Assembly (NCBI GenBank): GCA_943704425.1
Contig: CALSCP010000942.1
Span: forward strand, 1-36,560
From: Ministeria vibrans ATCC 50519
Lineage: Eukaryota > Protista > Filasterea
Length of the DNA stretch: 36,560 bases
Direction: 5' to 3'
The notes beneath the pieces were generated by a model. The model ran no database searches, was not told where the DNA came from, and saw only the letters and a list, made by a program, of their open reading frames with translations. Every line of letters begins with the position of its first letter. The first letter of the stretch is position 1. The position numbers were made by a program, and so were the translations under genes. Of this stretch, positions 33,832 to 36,560 are shown piece after piece.

Positions 33832-36560
33832 TGATTGTGTGCCCTCCCGGTCGCGTAAAACAAAAAAAGAACATACACGAAAATACGGAACATATCTCAT
33901 GCATGGATTTTCTAGTGGCGCAACGGCGACCCAGGCTACTGTGTCACCTGTGGCTCTGGTCGCTACCAGCCCTACTACAACCAGGCTGGTTCGGGTGCGT
34001 GCCGCTGCTGTCCTGCCGGTCAATACCAAGGGTCGTCCGGTCAAACTTCCTGCCGTGGCTGCTCTAACGGTATTATACGAACAATAACAGTATTCATTTG
34101 AGACTAATACGCCTTTAATAGGTTACTACCAGGGCTCAACGTGCCAAGCGTCCTGTCGAGGCTGCGCTGCCGGCAGATACGCTCGTACTTCTGCCACCGC
34201 GTGTACCACGTGCAATCCCATCACGTACACCCCTGGTGCGGGTTACTCAACCTGTCTCGCGTGCTCGACCGGTCGTTACTACAGCAACGCTCCGTACACC
34301 TTTGGTCGTACGTCCAACTGTCCTCATACGTGCCCCATGGGCAAGTACTCGCCGAACAACGCTTGGGTGAACAATGCCTTTTCCGTCCTCACCACCGGCT
34401 ACAGCTACAACTCGTGGTGGGGTTCCACGTCCACCTACTACTACTACCGCACGCTGTACGCCTACGGTGGCCTCAAGGCGTGTCGCTCCTGCAACAAGCC
34501 TCAGACGACGCTCAGCTCCGGCGCAGGCTCGTGTGTCTACTGCCCCGGTGGTAAGTACTTCAACTACGGCAACACGCCGGCGTCAGGTTGCCGTACCTGC
34601 GGCGGCGGATACTACATGCCGTCCAGCTCGTACTACCAGAGTCAGGCGCGCTACAGTTGCATTGCATGTCCTCAAGGCCGTTACCAGGGTAGCACGCAAC
34701 AGGCGTCGTGCACATACTGCCCAGCAGGTCGCTCCAACAACTACTACGCCCAAAAATCCTGCGGCGCTTGTGGTCCAGGCTACTACTCGAGCAGTACCGG
34801 CTGGTGGCAATGCAGCACTTGCGCTGGTGGCCGCGTGTCGCAAAAGTCGTACTACTCGACCTCTTGCTGGACCTGCCCCTCGGGTCGCTACAAGGCTACA
34901 ACTGCCACCTACCAGTGTACCTACTGCGGCTATGGCAGATACAACCCCTACACCAGTCGCACTTCGTGCCTCACCTGCCCCCAGGGCAAATATTCGGGCC
35001 AGCTGGGCCGTACCTCGTGCATCAACTGCCCCGCAGGCCAGTACACCGGCCTTTGGGGCTCCAAGTACTGCGTCACCTGCCCGACCCTTGGAACATTCTC
35101 CTACTCGGGCTACGCCAGCTGCCCTCTGTGCGCCGCCGGCAGAGTCGGTCGTTCCGACCGCAAGTACTGCGACGCTTGTCCCACTGGAAAGACCTCAAAC
35201 AGTGCGCGCACCGCGTGTACCGGCTGCTCCGCTGGCCAATATCTCTCCGGCACAAGTTGCCGTAACTGCCCTTCGTACACATCGTCGCCTGCCGGCTCCA
35301 CCTCCTGCACTAACTGTCCCTCGGGCAAGAAGAGCTCCGCCGGTGGCCTCTGCACCAACTGCCCGGGCGGTCAGTACAACCCCTACTCGCGCAGCTACTG
35401 CCGCAACTGCCCCACCGGCCAGTACCAAAGCTCCACAGGCCAGGCGTGGTGCCGCAGCTGCCCGACCGGTCGCTATGGATCACAGTACGCCATGAAGGCG
35501 TGTACTCTTTGCTCAACGGGTTACTACACAGGCGGTGCCGGCTCGACTTCGTGCACCACTCAATGCCAACCTCGCTATCAGTGTCCCTCAGGCGTGCGCA
35601 GCCTCTGCGCCAACGGTCGCTACACCAACCAGTACCGCCAAACTGTCTGCAAAACATGCTCGGCTGGAAGCTACTGCACCAGTGGCAACACGGCAGTCTG
35701 TCCTCTCGGCAAGTACCAGGGTAGCGCGGGACAGAGCGGCTGCCTCAGCTGCACCGGCGGCACCTACACCCCTTCGACAGGCTCGGCCAAGTGTACCACG
35801 TGTACCGCCGGCTACTACTGCAACGGTGCCAGCCGTACCCCCTGCCCCGCGTCCAAGTACAGCCCGGCCGGTCGCACCGCCTGCACCACGTGCGCCAGCG
35901 GAACGTACACGTCGGTGTCGTACAGTACCTCGTGCAAAACTTGCGGCACTGGCTACGCTTGCTCCTCCGGTGTCATCAGATTGTGCTCTCGTGGCACCTA
36001 CACCGACGCTGGAGGCCAGTCGGCGTGCAAGACGTGTCCCGCCTATAGCTACTGCACAGGTGTGACCGGCACTCGCGCTGTCTGTAGCGCCGGTACTTAC
36101 CAGCACTCGACCGGCCAGTGGACTTGCAACAACTGCGCCATTGGCAGCTACTGCAGCGGCGGTCAAAGCCGAGTGTGCGGAGCGGGTCGATTCACAGCCG
36201 CCACCAAGCAATCGACTTGCACTGATTGCACCAAAAACTACAGGTGCACCGGTGGCCATCGCACCATTTGCCCCGTGCGCTACTACACTCCCTCAACCAA
36301 GGCAACTGCTTGCTCCGTCTGTCCCGTCAAGTACTACTGCCCCACCGCCGGAGCGAACCCCAAGCTCTGTGGCGCCGGTACCTACGGTGAGAGCACCGGT
36401 CTCTCCGTGTGCGCCACTTGCACCATTGCCTACTCGTGCTCGGGCGACGGCACTCGCAAGATCTGCCCCGCTGGCTCTTACCAGGCCTCCACCGGCAAGA
36501 CCTCCTGTGACACCTGCCCGAAGGCTTACTTGTGCAGCTCGGGCATCCGCACCATCTGCG
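33468..36560 (+). CDS. Secreted/surface cysteine-rich repeat protein (CxxCxxGxY; GCC2/GCC3 / ephrin-receptor-like repeats), partial, runs off the window end
   Basis: Signal peptide MVSG..VIVLLVAVAALFSVVAATA. Introns 33855-33915 and 34070-34121. Open frame from 34122 to the end with dozens of C..C..G.Y units. Missing from the ORF track because there is no stop in the window. Confidence 0.9.
33768..33830 (+). repeat. (CGT)n coding repeat encoding 21 consecutive Arg
   Basis: 63 nt, one CGC interruption, in frame within exon 1. Confidence 0.95.

Noticed and set aside
34374-36259. Long Ala/Pro/Thr/Arg ORFs listed in the track
   Set aside because: These are off-frame or antisense shadows of the Cys-repeat reading frame.

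Overview
Gene-dense, intron-rich eukaryotic DNA: standard genetic code, mostly short (~55-70 nt) GT-AG introns, many (AG)n/(CT)n microsatellites and two N-gaps. The gene content suggests a unicellular holozoan such as a choanoflagellate (inference, no search run). About 13 genes were spliced by hand: a partial Tudor-knot gene, an NHE Na+/H+ exchanger with a very long His/Ser-rich tail, a ~3200-aa spectrin, an APD1-4-like membrane protein, a syntenin-like tandem-PDZ protein, a small multi-TM protein, a 5'-truncated tandem DsbA/HCCA-isomerase, FAM193, PEX11, a tetraspanin-like protein, an unknown multi-exon protein and a partial secreted Cys-repeat protein. Highlights: (1) the spectrin appears to be one chain with a beta-spectrin N-terminus fused to an alpha-spectrin body and EF-hand end, i.e. 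a giant alpha-actinin/proto-spectrin architecture; (2) PEX11's last exon lies 6.8 kb away, beyond two opposite-strand genes (nested genes or a misassembly); (3) a prepro-protein that would expose WG-Arg21 ahead of an almost acid-free Cys/Tyr-rich rod; (4) a dispersed exact 21-mer embedded in AG microsatellites. All family assignments come from recalled motifs, not database searches.
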